Part shown: one piece after another, positions 9,205-20,197 of the stretch
Numbering within the stretch: position 1 is the stretch's first letter
How the letters are laid out: each line of letters opens with the position of its first letter
Assembly (NCBI GenBank): GCA_041500225.1
Contig: JBGQLV010000006.1
Location: 8,271-72,270, forward strand
Direction of reading: 5' to 3'
From: Thermodesulfovibrionia bacterium
GTDB lineage: Bacteria; Nitrospirota; Thermodesulfovibrionia; Thermodesulfovibrionales; SM23-35
DNA length: 64,000 nt
Translations under genes and position numbers: made by a program
The notes under the pieces: model-generated
Database searches by the model: none
The model's input: only the letters and a program-made list of their open reading frames with translations
What the model was told of the DNA's origin: nothing

Positions 9205-10200
9205 ATGTCTGAGCTTAGAAAGGATCCGATATCCGGTCGATGGGTTATTATCTCTGTGGAAAGAGGTAAAAGACCAACGGATTTTATTTCTCCTTCCCAG
9301 AGAAAGAGGGGTGGTTTTTGCCCATTCTGTCCGGGTAACGAATATACTACACCAACAGAGATAATGGCTTTCAGACCTTCCGGCGCAAAGCCGAATTCAC
9401 CGGGGTGGACATTAAGAGTTATGCCTAATAAGTTCCCGGCCCTTCAGATACAAGGAGACCTGAATAAGACAGGAGAAGGCATTTTCGATAAGATGAATGG
9501 GATAGGTGCCCATGAGGTCGTAGTGGAGACACCTGATCACATGCAATCTCTCTCGACGATGCCGTTGAAGGCAGTTGAGGACGTACTGTGGGCATACTAT
9601 ATAAGGCTTACTGATTTGAGGAAGGATAAGCGTTTTAAGTATGTACTGATATTCAAAAATGAAGGTGACGCTGCGGGTGCATCCCTTGAGCATTCCCATA
9701 CCCAGTTAATCGCACTGCCAATTATTCCTAAGTTGGTAAAAGAAGAGACCGATGCAGCAAAACGTTATTATGAGTTGAAGGAGAGATGTATTTTTTGTGA
9801 TGTTATTAGTCAGGAACTGGAATACAGGAAGAGGGTAATATATGAAAACTCAACGTATGTTGCACTTGCACCATTTGCACCAAGGGCCCCTTTCGAGACA
9901 TGGATATTACCCAAGAAGCATGAGTCGAGCTTCTCTCCGCCGGACAAGAACTTCTCGGATCTTGCAGAAATTCTCCAGGTGATTCTGAAACAGATGGACA
10001 GGATACTCGAGGTGCCTCCTTATAATTTTGTAATACATACTTCTCCATTTTATGATGAGGTAAACGATTACTACCACTGGCATATAGAGCTTGTGCCTAA
10101 GCTGACAAAAATTGCAGGATTTGAATGGGGATCGGGTTTTTATATTAATCCTACACCTCCGGAGGAGTCGGCCAGGTTTATGAGAGAGGCAAAGATATGA
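9205..10200 (+). CDS. galT: galactose-1-phosphate uridylyltransferase-like (GalT/HIT class)
   Basis: FCPFCPGNE zinc knuckle and the HSHTQL nucleotidyl-transfer motif. ATG 9205 is preceded by GGAGG; the upstream TTG at 9178 is less likely. Confidence 0.85.
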   Translation: MSELRKDPISGRWVIISVERGKRPTDFISPSQRKRGGFCPFCPGNEYTTPTEIMAFRPSGAKPNSPGWTLRVMPNKFPALQIQGDLNKTGEGIFDKMNGIGAHEVVVETPDHMQSLSTMPLKAVEDVLWAYYIRLTDLRKDKRFKYVLIFKNEGDAAGASLEHSHTQLIALPIIPKLVKEETDAAKRYYELKERCIFCDVISQELEYRKRVIYENSTYVALAPFAPRAPFETWILPKKHESSFSPPDKNFSDLAEILQVILKQMDRILEVPPYNFVIHTSPFYDEVNDYYHWHIELVPKLTKIAGFEWGSGFYINPTPPEESARFMREAKI

Positions 10201-11681
10201 AGATACTTATTGCAACTCCTGAGGCGGTACCTTATGTGAAGACCGGCGGCCTTGCGGATGTTGCAGGTACCTTATGGAAGGAATACAGGGGTATAAAAGA
10301 AGAGGCATATATTATCCTGCCTCTTTATAAAAAGATAAAAGAGGGTCAATCGCTGCCACTGGATACAGGTGTTAAAATAAAAGTTCCTGTTGGGGACAGG
10401 GTCATAGAGGGGAGGATATTCAGCAATAAATCCTCATCCTATTTCATAAGGTGTGATGAATTCTTTGATAGACAGGAACTATATGGTACGCCGGCGGGAG
10501 ATTATATTGATAATGCATCGAGATTTATTTTTTTCTCAAGGGGGATACTCGAGACATGTAAGGAACTGAACCTTAAGCCGGATGTAATCCACTGCAACGA
10601 CTGGCAGACAGGGCTGGTACCTCTTTATCTAAAGACAATATACAGGGCTGATAAATTTTTTAAAAATACTGCTACCGTACTTACAATACACAATCTCGGA
10701 TATCAGGGCCTTTTCCAATCATCAGAAATGCCCATCACAAATCTTGGTTGGGAGCTTTTCAACCCGGAGGGCATAGAATTTTACGGGCAGGTAAATTTTC
10801 TTAAGGCAGGCATTATCTCTGCAGATATCCTGAATACAGTCAGTAACACTTATGCAAAAGAAATCCTCAATAAAGAGTTCGGGTTTGGCCTTGATGGTGT
10901 GTTGCGAATGAGAGGGAAAGACCTTTACGGTGTGATAAATGGTATAGATTATAAAGAGTGGGACCCTTCGGGAGATAAGTTTATACCTGCCAATTATAGC
11001 CATGATGACATTTCAGGGAAGACGCTCTGTAAAAAGGAGCTTATGAGATCATTGTTCGGACCATTGGATGATATAAATGCCGAACGTATCCCACTTTTGG
11101 GTATGGTTGGAAGGCTTTCTGCACAGAAGGGATTAGACCTTGTTCTAAACTCTATTGATGAACTCTTGTCTTTTGGTGTAAAGCTTGTTATTCTGGGTAG
11201 GGGTGACGAAGTATTCCAAAGAAGCTTTTCAGAGGTAGCGAAAAAATATAAGGATAAGGTATCTGTCACCATCGGATTTGAAGAGACACTTGCCCACAGG
11301 ATTTACGCAGGTTCTGACTTTTTTCTTATGCCATCAAGGTATGAGCCATGCGGACTCGGCCAGCTTATAGCGCTGCGATATGGGTGTATTCCTATAGCAA
11401 GAAGGACAGGCGGACCTGTGGATACTATACAGGATTATGAACCTATGACCTCAAAAGGCACGGGTTTCCTTTTTTCTGATTACACTCCTTCTGCAATGCA
11501 GGATGCTGTTAAGAGAGCCCTTTGTGTTTATACAGATAGGGATAAATTGCACAAGATGGTTTTAGATGGAATGAAGATGGATTTCTCATGGAGGAAATCA
11601 GCCGAAAGATATATTGAAATTTATAGATCTGCTATAAAAAAGAAGGCTTTAAAAGGTATTTCTTATGGATATAGCGTATAA
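10197..11681 (+). CDS. glgA: glycogen synthase (ADP-glucose type)
   Basis: KTGGLADV motif at the N-terminus, SRYEPCGL later, and full GT5 length. ATGA start/stop overlap with galT. Confidence 0.9.
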   Translation: MKILIATPEAVPYVKTGGLADVAGTLWKEYRGIKEEAYIILPLYKKIKEGQSLPLDTGVKIKVPVGDRVIEGRIFSNKSSSYFIRCDEFFDRQELYGTPAGDYIDNASRFIFFSRGILETCKELNLKPDVIHCNDWQTGLVPLYLKTIYRADKFFKNTATVLTIHNLGYQGLFQSSEMPITNLGWELFNPEGIEFYGQVNFLKAGIISADILNTVSNTYAKEILNKEFGFGLDGVLRMRGKDLYGVINGIDYKEWDPSGDKFIPANYSHDDISGKTLCKKELMRSLFGPLDDINAERIPLLGMVGRLSAQKGLDLVLNSIDELLSFGVKLVILGRGDEVFQRSFSEVAKKYKDKVSVTIGFEETLAHRIYAGSDFFLMPSRYEPCGLGQLIALRYGCIPIARRTGGPVDTIQDYEPMTSKGTGFLFSDYTPSAMQDAVKRALCVYTDRDKLHKMVLDGMKMDFSWRKSAERYIEIYRSAIKKKALKGISYGYSV

Positions 11682-14112
11682 ACAAAAAATTGCAGAAATA
11701 ATTTTTGAAAACATCCGTGACGGCATTATAATGCTTGACAGAAATTCTAAGATACTTGCGGTTAACAGCGCTATAGAAAAATGGACAGAAAAGCCTGTTT
11801 CTGACCTCATAGATAAAGACTGTACAGATGTATTTCATGACATTACAGGGATATGTCCACATTGTGCAGCCAAAGTGACATTTGAAACAGGTGAGGTCAA
11901 TATTGTGATGCAAAAGGGCAATCATAAGGACATTGCATATTACGCAGAGCTTTCAGCTTACCCGATAAAGGGCGATACAGGAGAGCTTACGGGATGTGTC
12001 GTATTTATTCAGGATGTAACAGAAAGGATGCTCTGTCATGAGGAGATTCTTGGCCTTTACACCGAGGTAACACAGACAAAGGAGTATCTCGAGGGGTTTA
12101 TTGAGAACTCTGCAGATGCGATAATTACGTCTGATCAGGATGGTATTATTACATCATGGAACAAGGGAGCAGAGAGGATATACGGTTTTACGAAAGAAGA
12201 TGCAATCGGGAAATTTTTACCTTTTGTCCCTGATTTCCTCATTGACCCTGAATATGAAATGGCTCATAGAGTAATAGATGGAGAGGTGTTAAAAGAGATA
12301 GAAACCATGAGGAAGATGAAGGATGGTACGATTATAACAGTAAGCCTTACACTCTCTCCAATTAAAGATGCTGCAGGCAAGGTTATAGGAATCAGTTGTA
12401 TATCCAGAGATATATCAAAGAAAAAACGCGTTGAGAAAGAACTTATCAGGAGGAACCAGGAGCTTTCGAGACTTTTCTTTATCAGTTCAGCAATGAGGGG
12501 CACCCTTGAACTTGACAGGTTGTTAAGAATGGTTCTTACTGCAGTTACCATGGGCGATGGCCTCGGCTTTAACCGCGCAATCCTCTTCCTGTTTGATGAA
12601 AAAGAGAAGATATTGAAGGGGGCTGTAGGGGTAGGGCCTGCGAGCCCAGAGGAGGCATGGCAGATATGGGAGAGGCTCTCCTTAGAGAAGAAGACGCTGT
12701 CTGACATAATGCGTGATATAGAAATTGGGCCATTGAGAAAGGATTCTTTTTTTGACAGACTTAGCCGTGGTATGGAGATACCCCTATCAGAGGAAACAAT
12801 TCTTACAAAGACCGCGAAAGAGAAGAAACCTTTTAATATTCAGGATGTAAAAAAAGAACCACTCTCAGATACAGTCCTGATACAGCAGCTTGGTACACAT
12901 GCTTATGCTGTTTCGCCGTTGATATCGAGGGATAAGGTAATAGGTGTCCTCTGGGTTGACAACCATTTCAACAGAAGGCATATAACCGATGAAGATATGA
13001 GGTTTTTAAGCGGTTTTTCAAACCATATTACAACAGCTATAGAGAGCGCAAGGCTTTTTGAACAGGTTGCACTTGCAGAGCAGGAGCTTGAGAATATATT
13101 TGAGTCGATATCTGATATGGTCTGCTTTATCACCAAGGATTATGTAATAAAGAGCATCAATAAGGCTGTCAGTAAAAGATTGGGTAAACCCCATGATGAG
13201 ATTATAGGGAAGAAGTGTTATGAGGTATTTCATGGGATGAGCAGCCCGTGGACAAAGTGTCCGCATCATGAAACGGTTGAGACAAAAAAGGCTTATGTCG
13301 AGGAGGTAGAGGACCATTATCTTGGTGGTACATTCATTACCTCAAGCTCTCCGATATTTGGTACAACAGGAGAGTTTATAGGTACAGTCCATGTAATCAG
13401 GGATATAACTGAACTGAAAAACCTTCAAGAGCGGCTTATAATGACAGAAAGGATGGCTGCACTCGGAGAGGTTGCAGCAAGGGTAGCTCATGAGATAAGG
13501 AACCCCCTTGTATCTGTTGGTGGATTTGCAAGGAGACTCGAAAAGAAGTTAGACGGCAATCTGAAGGAATACGCTGATATAATTGCAAGGGAAGTCGAGA
13601 GACTCGAAGGAATACTTAATGAGATCCTCGGTTTTGTTAAAGAAACAAGGTTTGTAAAGGAAATAGTCAATCCTAATAGGCTTATAGAAGAGGTTATCTC
13701 TCTGATAAAGTCTGAGGTCGATGAAAGGGGGATAGTCATTGTCAAGGAGATTGAAGAACCGACCGAGATATATGTAGATCCTAATAGGATCAAAGAGGCA
13801 CTGCTTAATATATTGTCAAATGCGGTTCAGGCTATGGGCAACAATGGTACACTATTTGTAAAAACATACGTTAAAGATAATGCCGCGGTGTTCGAGATAA
13901 AAGATACAGGCATGGGTATAGCCGGGGAAGACCTGCCGTTTATATTTGACCCTTTCTTTACTACGAAAAAGACAGGTACCGGACTTGGCCTTACCATAAC
14001 TCACAGGATTATAGAAGGTCACAAAGGGAGTATCGAGGTAGAAAGCAAGCCTGGCGCAGGAAGCATTTTCAGGGTATTTATACCATTGAATAATATAATG
14101 GATGAAAAATGA
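11665..14112 (+). CDS. sensor histidine kinase (PAS-PAS-GAF-PAS-HisKA-HATPase)
   Basis: Repeated PAS-like segments, a GAF-like middle, H-box AHEIRNPL, and ATPase boxes DTGMGI and GTGLGL. Confidence 0.85.
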   Translation: MDIAYKQKIAEIIFENIRDGIIMLDRNSKILAVNSAIEKWTEKPVSDLIDKDCTDVFHDITGICPHCAAKVTFETGEVNIVMQKGNHKDIAYYAELSAYPIKGDTGELTGCVVFIQDVTERMLCHEEILGLYTEVTQTKEYLEGFIENSADAIITSDQDGIITSWNKGAERIYGFTKEDAIGKFLPFVPDFLIDPEYEMAHRVIDGEVLKEIETMRKMKDGTIITVSLTLSPIKDAAGKVIGISCISRDISKKKRVEKELIRRNQELSRLFFISSAMRGTLELDRLLRMVLTAVTMGDGLGFNRAILFLFDEKEKILKGAVGVGPASPEEAWQIWERLSLEKKTLSDIMRDIEIGPLRKDSFFDRLSRGMEIPLSEETILTKTAKEKKPFNIQDVKKEPLSDTVLIQQLGTHAYAVSPLISRDKVIGVLWVDNHFNRRHITDEDMRFLSGFSNHITTAIESARLFEQVALAEQELENIFESISDMVCFITKDYVIKSINKAVSKRLGKPHDEIIGKKCYEVFHGMSSPWTKCPHHETVETKKAYVEEVEDHYLGGTFITSSSPIFGTTGEFIGTVHVIRDITELKNLQERLIMTERMAALGEVAARVAHEIRNPLVSVGGFARRLEKKLDGNLKEYADIIAREVERLEGILNEILGFVKETRFVKEIVNPNRLIEEVISLIKSEVDERGIVIVKEIEEPTEIYVDPNRIKEALLNILSNAVQAMGNNGTLFVKTYVKDNAAVFEIKDTGMGIAGEDLPFIFDPFFTTKKTGTGLGLTITHRIIEGHKGSIEVESKPGAGSIFRVFIPLNNIMDEK

Positions 14113-14134
14113 AATTAAGGGAGGGAGGAGTGAT

Positions 14135-14485
14135 ATGAAAATACTTGTAGTCGATGATGATCTGCACATTCAAAGGCTTTACAAAGAAGAGTTTGAAGAA
14201 GAAGGCTATGAAGTCGTCATAGCATCCAATGGTAAAGAGGCAATAGAGCTATTTGATAGTGAGGTACCTGACATTGTCACGCTCGACATACTCTTGCCCG
14301 ATGTGGACGGCATCCGTCTCCTGAGGCAGATGAAGGAAAAGAGGCCTAAGGTACCTATTATTATGTCCACGGCATATGATTACAGGGATGATTTTGCTGT
14401 ATGGGCTTCAGAGGCATATATTGTGAAGTCATCAGACCTTGATGAGTTGAAGGCCACAATAAAGAAGATGCTGACCAAGGAATAA
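14135..14485 (+). CDS. single-domain response regulator (CheY-like)
   Basis: MKILVVDDD and DIVTLDILLPDVDG. A purine-rich RBS lies before ATG 14135. No output domain. Confidence 0.85.
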   Translation: MKILVVDDDLHIQRLYKEEFEEEGYEVVIASNGKEAIELFDSEVPDIVTLDILLPDVDGIRLLRQMKEKRPKVPIIMSTAYDYRDDFAVWASEAYIVKSSDLDELKATIKKMLTKE

Positions 14486-16407
14486 TGTCCAGGGATATCT
14501 ATCTTGAAAACACACCTTTGCATGAGGCACTGACAAAGTGGCTTAGAAAGCTTGATTCCGAAGGGATTGTTAGGCCACTCTCAGGTGAAACAATCAGGGT
14601 TATAGATTCTCTTGGAAGGATTACCGCAAAGGCAGTTATCGCAAAAATCTCCTCTCCTTTTTATCACTCATCAGCAATGGACGGTTATGCTGTAAGACAT
14701 GCAGAAACCTTTGGTGCGTCAGAGAGAACTCCAAAGAAACTGAAAATAGGAGAACAGGCAGTTTATGTTGATACAGGTGACCCCATGCCTGAAAGGTTTA
14801 ATGCCGTAATAATGATTGAAGATGTGAATATAGTGGATGAGAACATTGAAATAATTTCGCCTGCAACACCATGGCAGCATGTGAGGGTGATTGGTGATGA
14901 CATTGTTGCAACTGAATTAATACTTCCTGAAAATCACAGGATAAGACCAGTTGATATAGGTGCAATGCTCGCAGGTGGGCATATGGAGGTGGCGGTCAGA
15001 AGAAAGCCAAAAACAGTCATAATACCAACAGGTACAGAGATTGTAGAACCTGGCACCGATTTAAAAGAAGGAGATATTATCGAATACAACTCAAGGATCC
15101 TCGCTGGGCTTGTCTCTGAATGGGGAGGTGATCCTGTCAGGTTCAGGATTATTCCTGACAAGATCGAAGAACTGAAAAAGGCAATACTTGATGCTTGTGG
15201 TATGGGAGATTTGATAGTTACAAATGCCGGTGCATCTACAGGTTCAGAGGATTTTACGGTAAGTGCTATCAAAGAACTCGGTGAAGTAATACTTCATGGC
15301 GTTAGTATAAAGCCCGGCAAGCCTGTTATTCTTGGATTGGTAAGGGGCAAACCCGTTCTCGGTATACCAGGCTACCCTGTATCTGCATATATAACATTTA
15401 ATTTGTTTGCTAAGCCGGTCATTTACAAATGGCAGGGACTTGAGATCGAAGAACCTGAGATACTGAGGGCAAAGATTTCAAGGCAGGTTGCATCTACCCT
15501 TGGGCAGGAGGAATTCCTGAGGGTAAAGGTAGGGAAGGTCGGTGATAATTTTATAGCAACTCCTGTCAGCCGTGGAGCAGGTATACTTATGTCTCTTGTG
15601 CGTGCTGATGGATTTGTTCGAATACCTGCCATGTCTGAGGGTATTGGTGCAGGCACAGAGATAAATGTGGAGCTGATGAGGTCTAAAGGTGATATTGAAA
15701 ATACGATTGTCTGCATCGGAAGCCATGACAATGCCCTCGATCTGCTTGCAAATATATTAAAGAAAAGGTATCCGATATTTTCTATTTCATCAGCCCATGT
15801 AGGCTCAATGGGTGGTCTTATAGCATTAAAAAAGGGTGAAGCACATATAGCAGGAACGCACCTTCTTGACGATGAGACAGGGGAGTACAATGTATCATTT
15901 ATAAAAAGACTTCTTCCTGATAAAAATATTCTGCTCATAAATCTTGTCTATAGAGAGCAAGGTCTTCTTGTACCAAAAGGAAATCCCAAAAACATAAAGG
16001 GATTTGAAGATTTAACAAGAACCGATGTTGTATTTGTTAACAGACAGGCAGGTGCAGGAACGAGGCTTCTTACAGATAAATGTTTAAGGGAGCTTGGTAT
16101 ATCCCCTCAAGATGTTAAAGGTTATGAGAGGGAGGAATACACACATATGGGAGTTGCATCTGCAGTGCTTACAGGGGTTGCAGACACAGGACTTGCTATT
16201 CTTGCATCTGCGAGGGCACTAAATCTTGATTTTATTCCTGTTGCAAAAGAAAGATATGACCTTGCAATCCCTCATGAATTCTTTGAGACGGAGATGCTCC
16301 AGTGTCTTATAAAGATTATAAGGGAAGATAGTGAATTCAGGAATATGGTGATAGGACTTGGAGGATATGATGTATCAGATATGGGAAAGGTTATGTACGA
16401 AGGTTAA
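14485..16407 (+). CDS. moeA: molybdopterin molybdotransferase MoeA fused to a periplasmic-binding-protein-like domain
   Basis: MoeA N-terminal, MoCF-biosynthesis and C-terminal beta-barrel regions, followed by a C-terminal extension of roughly 230 aa resembling solute-binding folds. Confidence 0.75.
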   Translation: MSRDIYLENTPLHEALTKWLRKLDSEGIVRPLSGETIRVIDSLGRITAKAVIAKISSPFYHSSAMDGYAVRHAETFGASERTPKKLKIGEQAVYVDTGDPMPERFNAVIMIEDVNIVDENIEIISPATPWQHVRVIGDDIVATELILPENHRIRPVDIGAMLAGGHMEVAVRRKPKTVIIPTGTEIVEPGTDLKEGDIIEYNSRILAGLVSEWGGDPVRFRIIPDKIEELKKAILDACGMGDLIVTNAGASTGSEDFTVSAIKELGEVILHGVSIKPGKPVILGLVRGKPVLGIPGYPVSAYITFNLFAKPVIYKWQGLEIEEPEILRAKISRQVASTLGQEEFLRVKVGKVGDNFIATPVSRGAGILMSLVRADGFVRIPAMSEGIGAGTEINVELMRSKGDIENTIVCIGSHDNALDLLANILKKRYPIFSISSAHVGSMGGLIALKKGEAHIAGTHLLDDETGEYNVSFIKRLLPDKNILLINLVYREQGLLVPKGNPKNIKGFEDLTRTDVVFVNRQAGAGTRLLTDKCLRELGISPQDVKGYEREEYTHMGVASAVLTGVADTGLAILASARALNLDFIPVAKERYDLAIPHEFFETEMLQCLIKIIREDSEFRNMVIGLGGYDVSDMGKVMYEG

Positions 16408-17553
16408 TTATCCTTCTTTCTGTGGTTCTTCTTTTTTTCCAACTTCTCCTTCAATAAGTCTTTTTGCTCCTATGAATCTTTTGAAATAATATGGGGTTCC
16501 CAGACTATCAATGGTGACCTTCTTGCCTTTTGATGAAGCATGTATAAACAGGTCATTGCCAAGATAAATCCCTACATGTGAAGGAAAGGATGCATATGTC
16601 CTGAAGAAGACGAGGTCACCGATAGATAGCTCTCCCTTATCAACAGGATTTCCCTCAAAAAATTGCTCCCTTGCTGATCGTGGAAGATCTATTCCGATCA
16701 GGCCATAGACCTTCTGAACATATGCGGAACAGTCAATCCCGAGTAAGCTGCTACCGCCGAATCTGTAAGGTATGTCAAGTAATTTTTTTGCAAATAGGAT
16801 AAGTCTGTCCTGCAACCCCATTTCGCTGAGCTCTTTAGATTCAAATACTTTCCCCATATCTGTATCTATGCGAGCCTGTGAAAGTATTGTCTCGTAGTTT
16901 TTTGTTCCGTCAGTTTTTAAATCGTCCGGTTCTGCTTCAGGTTCCATAAGGATTTTCTGACCTGTTTTTAATAAGTCTGTTTCAAGATTATTGATATCCT
17001 TAAGCTCATCAATATCGATATTAAACATCCTTGCAATCTTATAAATGTTATCGCCTTTTTTCACAGTGTAGGTCCTTGTCACGGTTCGTTTAACGAGAAG
17101 CTTTTGTCCTATTGTAAGTTTTGTTGTTCTAAGATTATTGATCTCCCTGAGTTCACTAACTGATATTGAATATTTTTTTGATAAAGACAATAGGGTGTCG
17201 CCCTTGTTTACTCTATGAAATTGAGAATCCTCCTGATGTTTAACGGGTTTAATATTTTCACCTGAAAATCCCCCCTTTTCCTTTTTACTAAGGGGGGGTG
17301 AGGTGGGATTAAGCCTGGTTCTATTAGAAGATTCTTTCTTATTTGAAGGAATAGTTATCTTAGAGCCTAGTTTAAGATTATTTGGCCTTAGATTGTTGAC
17401 TTCTATAATATCTTGTACGCTGACTTTAAATTTCTTGGCTATTTTGGCTGGGTTGTCGCCCTTTTTTATAGTATAAGCCGTATCAGCATAAATATTGCCT
17501 GAGAAAAAGATTGTAAGTATAAAAACAGTAGTAAAAAGATAAAGCCTTCTCAT
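16408..17553 (-). CDS. LysM-repeat NlpC/P60 (C40) cell-wall peptidase
   Basis: Signal peptide. Four LysM repeats (YTIKKGDNPAKIAKKF, HRVNKGDTLLSLSKKY, YTVKKGDNIYKIARMF plus one more). Catalytic Cys in GIDCSAYV and His in SHVGIY. Confidence 0.85.
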   Translation of the reverse strand: MRRLYLFTTVFILTIFFSGNIYADTAYTIKKGDNPAKIAKKFKVSVQDIIEVNNLRPNNLKLGSKITIPSNKKESSNRTRLNPTSPPLSKKEKGGFSGENIKPVKHQEDSQFHRVNKGDTLLSLSKKYSISVSELREINNLRTTKLTIGQKLLVKRTVTRTYTVKKGDNIYKIARMFNIDIDELKDINNLETDLLKTGQKILMEPEAEPDDLKTDGTKNYETILSQARIDTDMGKVFESKELSEMGLQDRLILFAKKLLDIPYRFGGSSLLGIDCSAYVQKVYGLIGIDLPRSAREQFFEGNPVDKGELSIGDLVFFRTYASFPSHVGIYLGNDLFIHASSKGKKVTIDSLGTPYYFKRFIGAKRLIEGEVGKKEEPQKEG

Positions 17554-17568
17554 GTTTACCTCCCAGAA

Positions 17569-18102
17569 TTAAGCTGCTTCTTCCCGTATAAGGTCTTTAA
17601 GCGTCGGCAGCTCTGTAAGGTCCTTCAACCCAAAATACTGCAAAAATTCTCTTGTTGTTCCATAAAGAAATGGCCTGCCAGGTACCTCTTTGCGTCCCAT
17701 TATCTTTATAAGCCTTCTCTCGAGTAATGTCCTTATAGCACTGTCAGAATTGACACCCCTGAGTTGTTCAATCTCAGCCCTTATGATAGGTTGTTTGTAT
17801 GCCATTATGGCTAAGGTCTCGAGGGCGGGTACTGACAGCTTGCTTGAAATGTGTATATTTCTAAACTTCTTTACCCACTCTGCATATTCAGGGTTTGTTA
17901 CCATCTGATAGCCATTTGCAATCTCAACTATCAGCACCCCCGCATTTCGATTTTTGTATTCAGCCATCAACTCCTCCATAAGCCTTTTTATCTCAGGCTC
18001 AGGAAGTTCTATCACATCCTTTATAGCAGAAATCGATAGAAGTTCTCCTGAAAGAAACAAGAGAGCTTCAAGCACCGATATCTTTTCCCTGTCTTCCATC
18101 AC
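17569..18102 (-). CDS. scpB: segregation and condensation protein B
   Basis: Two winged-helix halves, with LEALLF near the N-terminus and GRPFLYGTT near the C-terminus, as in ScpB. Confidence 0.85.
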   Translation of the reverse strand: MMEDREKISVLEALLFLSGELLSISAIKDVIELPEPEIKRLMEELMAEYKNRNAGVLIVEIANGYQMVTNPEYAEWVKKFRNIHISSKLSVPALETLAIMAYKQPIIRAEIEQLRGVNSDSAIRTLLERRLIKIMGRKEVPGRPFLYGTTREFLQYFGLKDLTELPTLKDLIREEAA

Positions 18103-18139
18103 ACAACAATAGAAATATAGCAGAAATCAGCTTAAAATT

Positions 18140-18316
18140 TCAAATGTTTTCTTCAGGTTTTTCTTCTTTGACGATTTCGAGCGTTTGCTTCTTAATGCGC
18201 CTTCTATCGTATCCTTTCTCGCCCTTTCTCGTTGCAACTAAATGGCTGCGGAGTTTTAATACTGCCTCAATAGGAAGACGAGGTTTCGGTTTTTTCTTTT
18301 TTATCGGTTTCTTCAT
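18140..18316 (-). CDS. small basic hypothetical protein (58 aa, below the ORF-track cutoff)
   Basis: Hand translation: MKKPIKKKKPKPRLPIEAVLKLRSHLVATRKGEKGYDRRRIKKQTLEIVKEEKPEENI. ATG start and TGA stop. No convincing RBS or recognisable family. Confidence 0.3.
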   Translation of the reverse strand: MKKPIKKKKPKPRLPIEAVLKLRSHLVATRKGEKGYDRRRIKKQTLEIVKEEKPEENI

Positions 18317-18446
18317 CTAAATCAATATACCTTAAAAAGTTCTTAAGATTAAAGGATAAATTTCGAAAAGTTGTATAATATTTTTATATGACAGGCAGTT
18401 AAGCGAGAGCTAAAAATCATTTTTATAATGGAAGAGGATTTTTTTA

Positions 18447-19568
18447 ATGATTGAGTCAAAATCAGGACGTTTGCTAATTGTTGATGATGACATTGAATCT
18501 ATAACCCCTTTATGCGACCTTCTTTCTGAGAGTGGCTACCTCGTGGCGGGTTATACATCAGGGAAAGATGCGATAGAGGCGTTGAAGACGCATGATTTCG
18601 ATCTGCTTCTGACTGACCTTGTGATGCCTGAGATGGACGGTATTGCCTTGTTGCAAGCAGCGCTGAAGATAGACCCACATCTTGTCGGCATCATCATAAC
18701 CGGACAGGGTACGATTCAGACTGCTGTGGAAGCGATGAAGGTTGGCGCATTTGACTATGTGCTGAAACCATTCCAGTTCAAAATACTGCGTCAGATATTA
18801 TCTCGTGCAATGGAGGTGCGCCGGCTTCGGATTAATAACTTAAAGTTGCTCGAGGATATCACCGAGGGAAAACAGGTAGAGGAAGAATTAAAGAGTTCAC
18901 GCGAGCAGTTGCGTAACCTTTCCGCACATTTGCAATCCATTATGGAAAAGGAAAGGATGAATATCGCCCGTGAGATTCATGACGAGTTGGGCCAGGCATT
19001 GACAGTTTTGAAGATGGACTTATTCTGGTTGAACAACCAATTACCCAAAGATCAAAAATTACTGCTTGAGAAGACAAAATCAATGTCAGAGCTCATTGAT
19101 AAAACTGTCAAAACAGTACAGAGGATTTCAGCAGAATTAAGGCCTGGTTTATTAGATGACCTCGGACTTGCAGCAGCAATTGAATGGCAGGCAGAAGAAT
19201 TTCAAAAGAGAACAGGCATTGAATGTGAAGTTATCTTAGATCCTGAGGATATTATTCTGAATCAAGACATCTCTACAGCTATTTTTCGCATCTTTCAGGA
19301 ATCTCTGACAAATGTCTTTCGCCATGCAGATGCAACGAATGTCGAAGTAAGTTTGGACGAAAAAACTGATAGAATAGTGCTGGAGGTTAGAGATAACGGC
19401 AAAGGAATTACAGAAAAGCAGATTTCCAATCCTGAATCATTTGGGCTGATCGGGATACGAGAACGAGTCCATCTACTGGGAGGTGATGTAAAAATTGTCG
19501 GTATTCGGGATAAAGGAACCACGATAACAGTGACTATTCCACTTAATAAAAACGGAAAAACTCTATGA
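18447..19568 (+). CDS. hybrid receiver - HisKA_3 histidine kinase
   Basis: N-terminal REC (DLLLTDLVMPEMDG), a coiled coil, NarX-type H-box REIHDELGQ, and a C-terminal HATPase (RDNGKGI, GLIGIRER). Confidence 0.85.
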   Translation: MIESKSGRLLIVDDDIESITPLCDLLSESGYLVAGYTSGKDAIEALKTHDFDLLLTDLVMPEMDGIALLQAALKIDPHLVGIIITGQGTIQTAVEAMKVGAFDYVLKPFQFKILRQILSRAMEVRRLRINNLKLLEDITEGKQVEEELKSSREQLRNLSAHLQSIMEKERMNIAREIHDELGQALTVLKMDLFWLNNQLPKDQKLLLEKTKSMSELIDKTVKTVQRISAELRPGLLDDLGLAAAIEWQAEEFQKRTGIECEVILDPEDIILNQDISTAIFRIFQESLTNVFRHADATNVEVSLDEKTDRIVLEVRDNGKGITEKQISNPESFGLIGIRERVHLLGGDVKIVGIRDKGTTITVTIPLNKNGKTL

Positions 19569-20197
19569 TAAAAATACTTATAGCTGATGATCATGCAATT
19601 GTTCGGGAAGGACTGAAACAGATTATATCTGAGACTCCTGATATGGCTGTAGTTGCTGAAGCGAGCAATGGAGAGGATGTGCTGGAAAAGGTATCTGTAA
19701 ATAAATATGATGTAATTCTATTAGATATTTCCATGCCTGGCAGAAGTGGTCTGGATATTCTAAGACAACTAAAAATTGAAAAACCCAAACTTCCCATTAT
19801 GATGTTAAGTGTGCATCCGGAGGAACAATATGCGGTTAGAGCCTTGAGGGCAGGCGCCTCCGGATATTTGACAAAAGAAAGCGCGCCGGATGAATTGATT
19901 GCAGCTATAAGAAAAATATCACAGGGCAGAAAATATGTAAGCTCTTCACTGGCTGAGAAGTTGGCTTATGAACTGGGAATCGATGTTAAAAAACTACGTC
20001 ACGAGGTGCTTTCTGATCGTGAGTTTCAGGTGATGTGCATGTTTGCCTCAGGGAAGACAGTAAAAGAAATTGCTGCTGAATTATCAATAAGTATACCAAC
20101 CATCCGTACTTACCGAATCCGCATTTTAGAAAAGATGAAAATGAAGAACATTGCAGAAATCATTCATTACGCTGTAAAACAGGGACTGGTGGACTGA
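19565..20197 (+). CDS. NarL/LuxR-family response regulator
   Basis: REC domain plus a LuxR-type HTH (LSDREFQVMCMFASGKTVKEIAAELSISIPTIRTYR). ATGA overlap with the kinase gene. Confidence 0.9.
   Translation: MIKILIADDHAIVREGLKQIISETPDMAVVAEASNGEDVLEKVSVNKYDVILLDISMPGRSGLDILRQLKIEKPKLPIMMLSVHPEEQYAVRALRAGASGYLTKESAPDELIAAIRKISQGRKYVSSSLAEKLAYELGIDVKKLRHEVLSDREFQVMCMFASGKTVKEIAAELSISIPTIRTYRIRILEKMKMKNIAEIIHYAVKQGLVD

Noticed and set aside
12264-12707. 147-aa ORF, with several similar ones, antisense within the PAS/GAF histidine kinase gene
   Set aside because: These are shadow ORFs inside a gene with clear motifs on the other strand.
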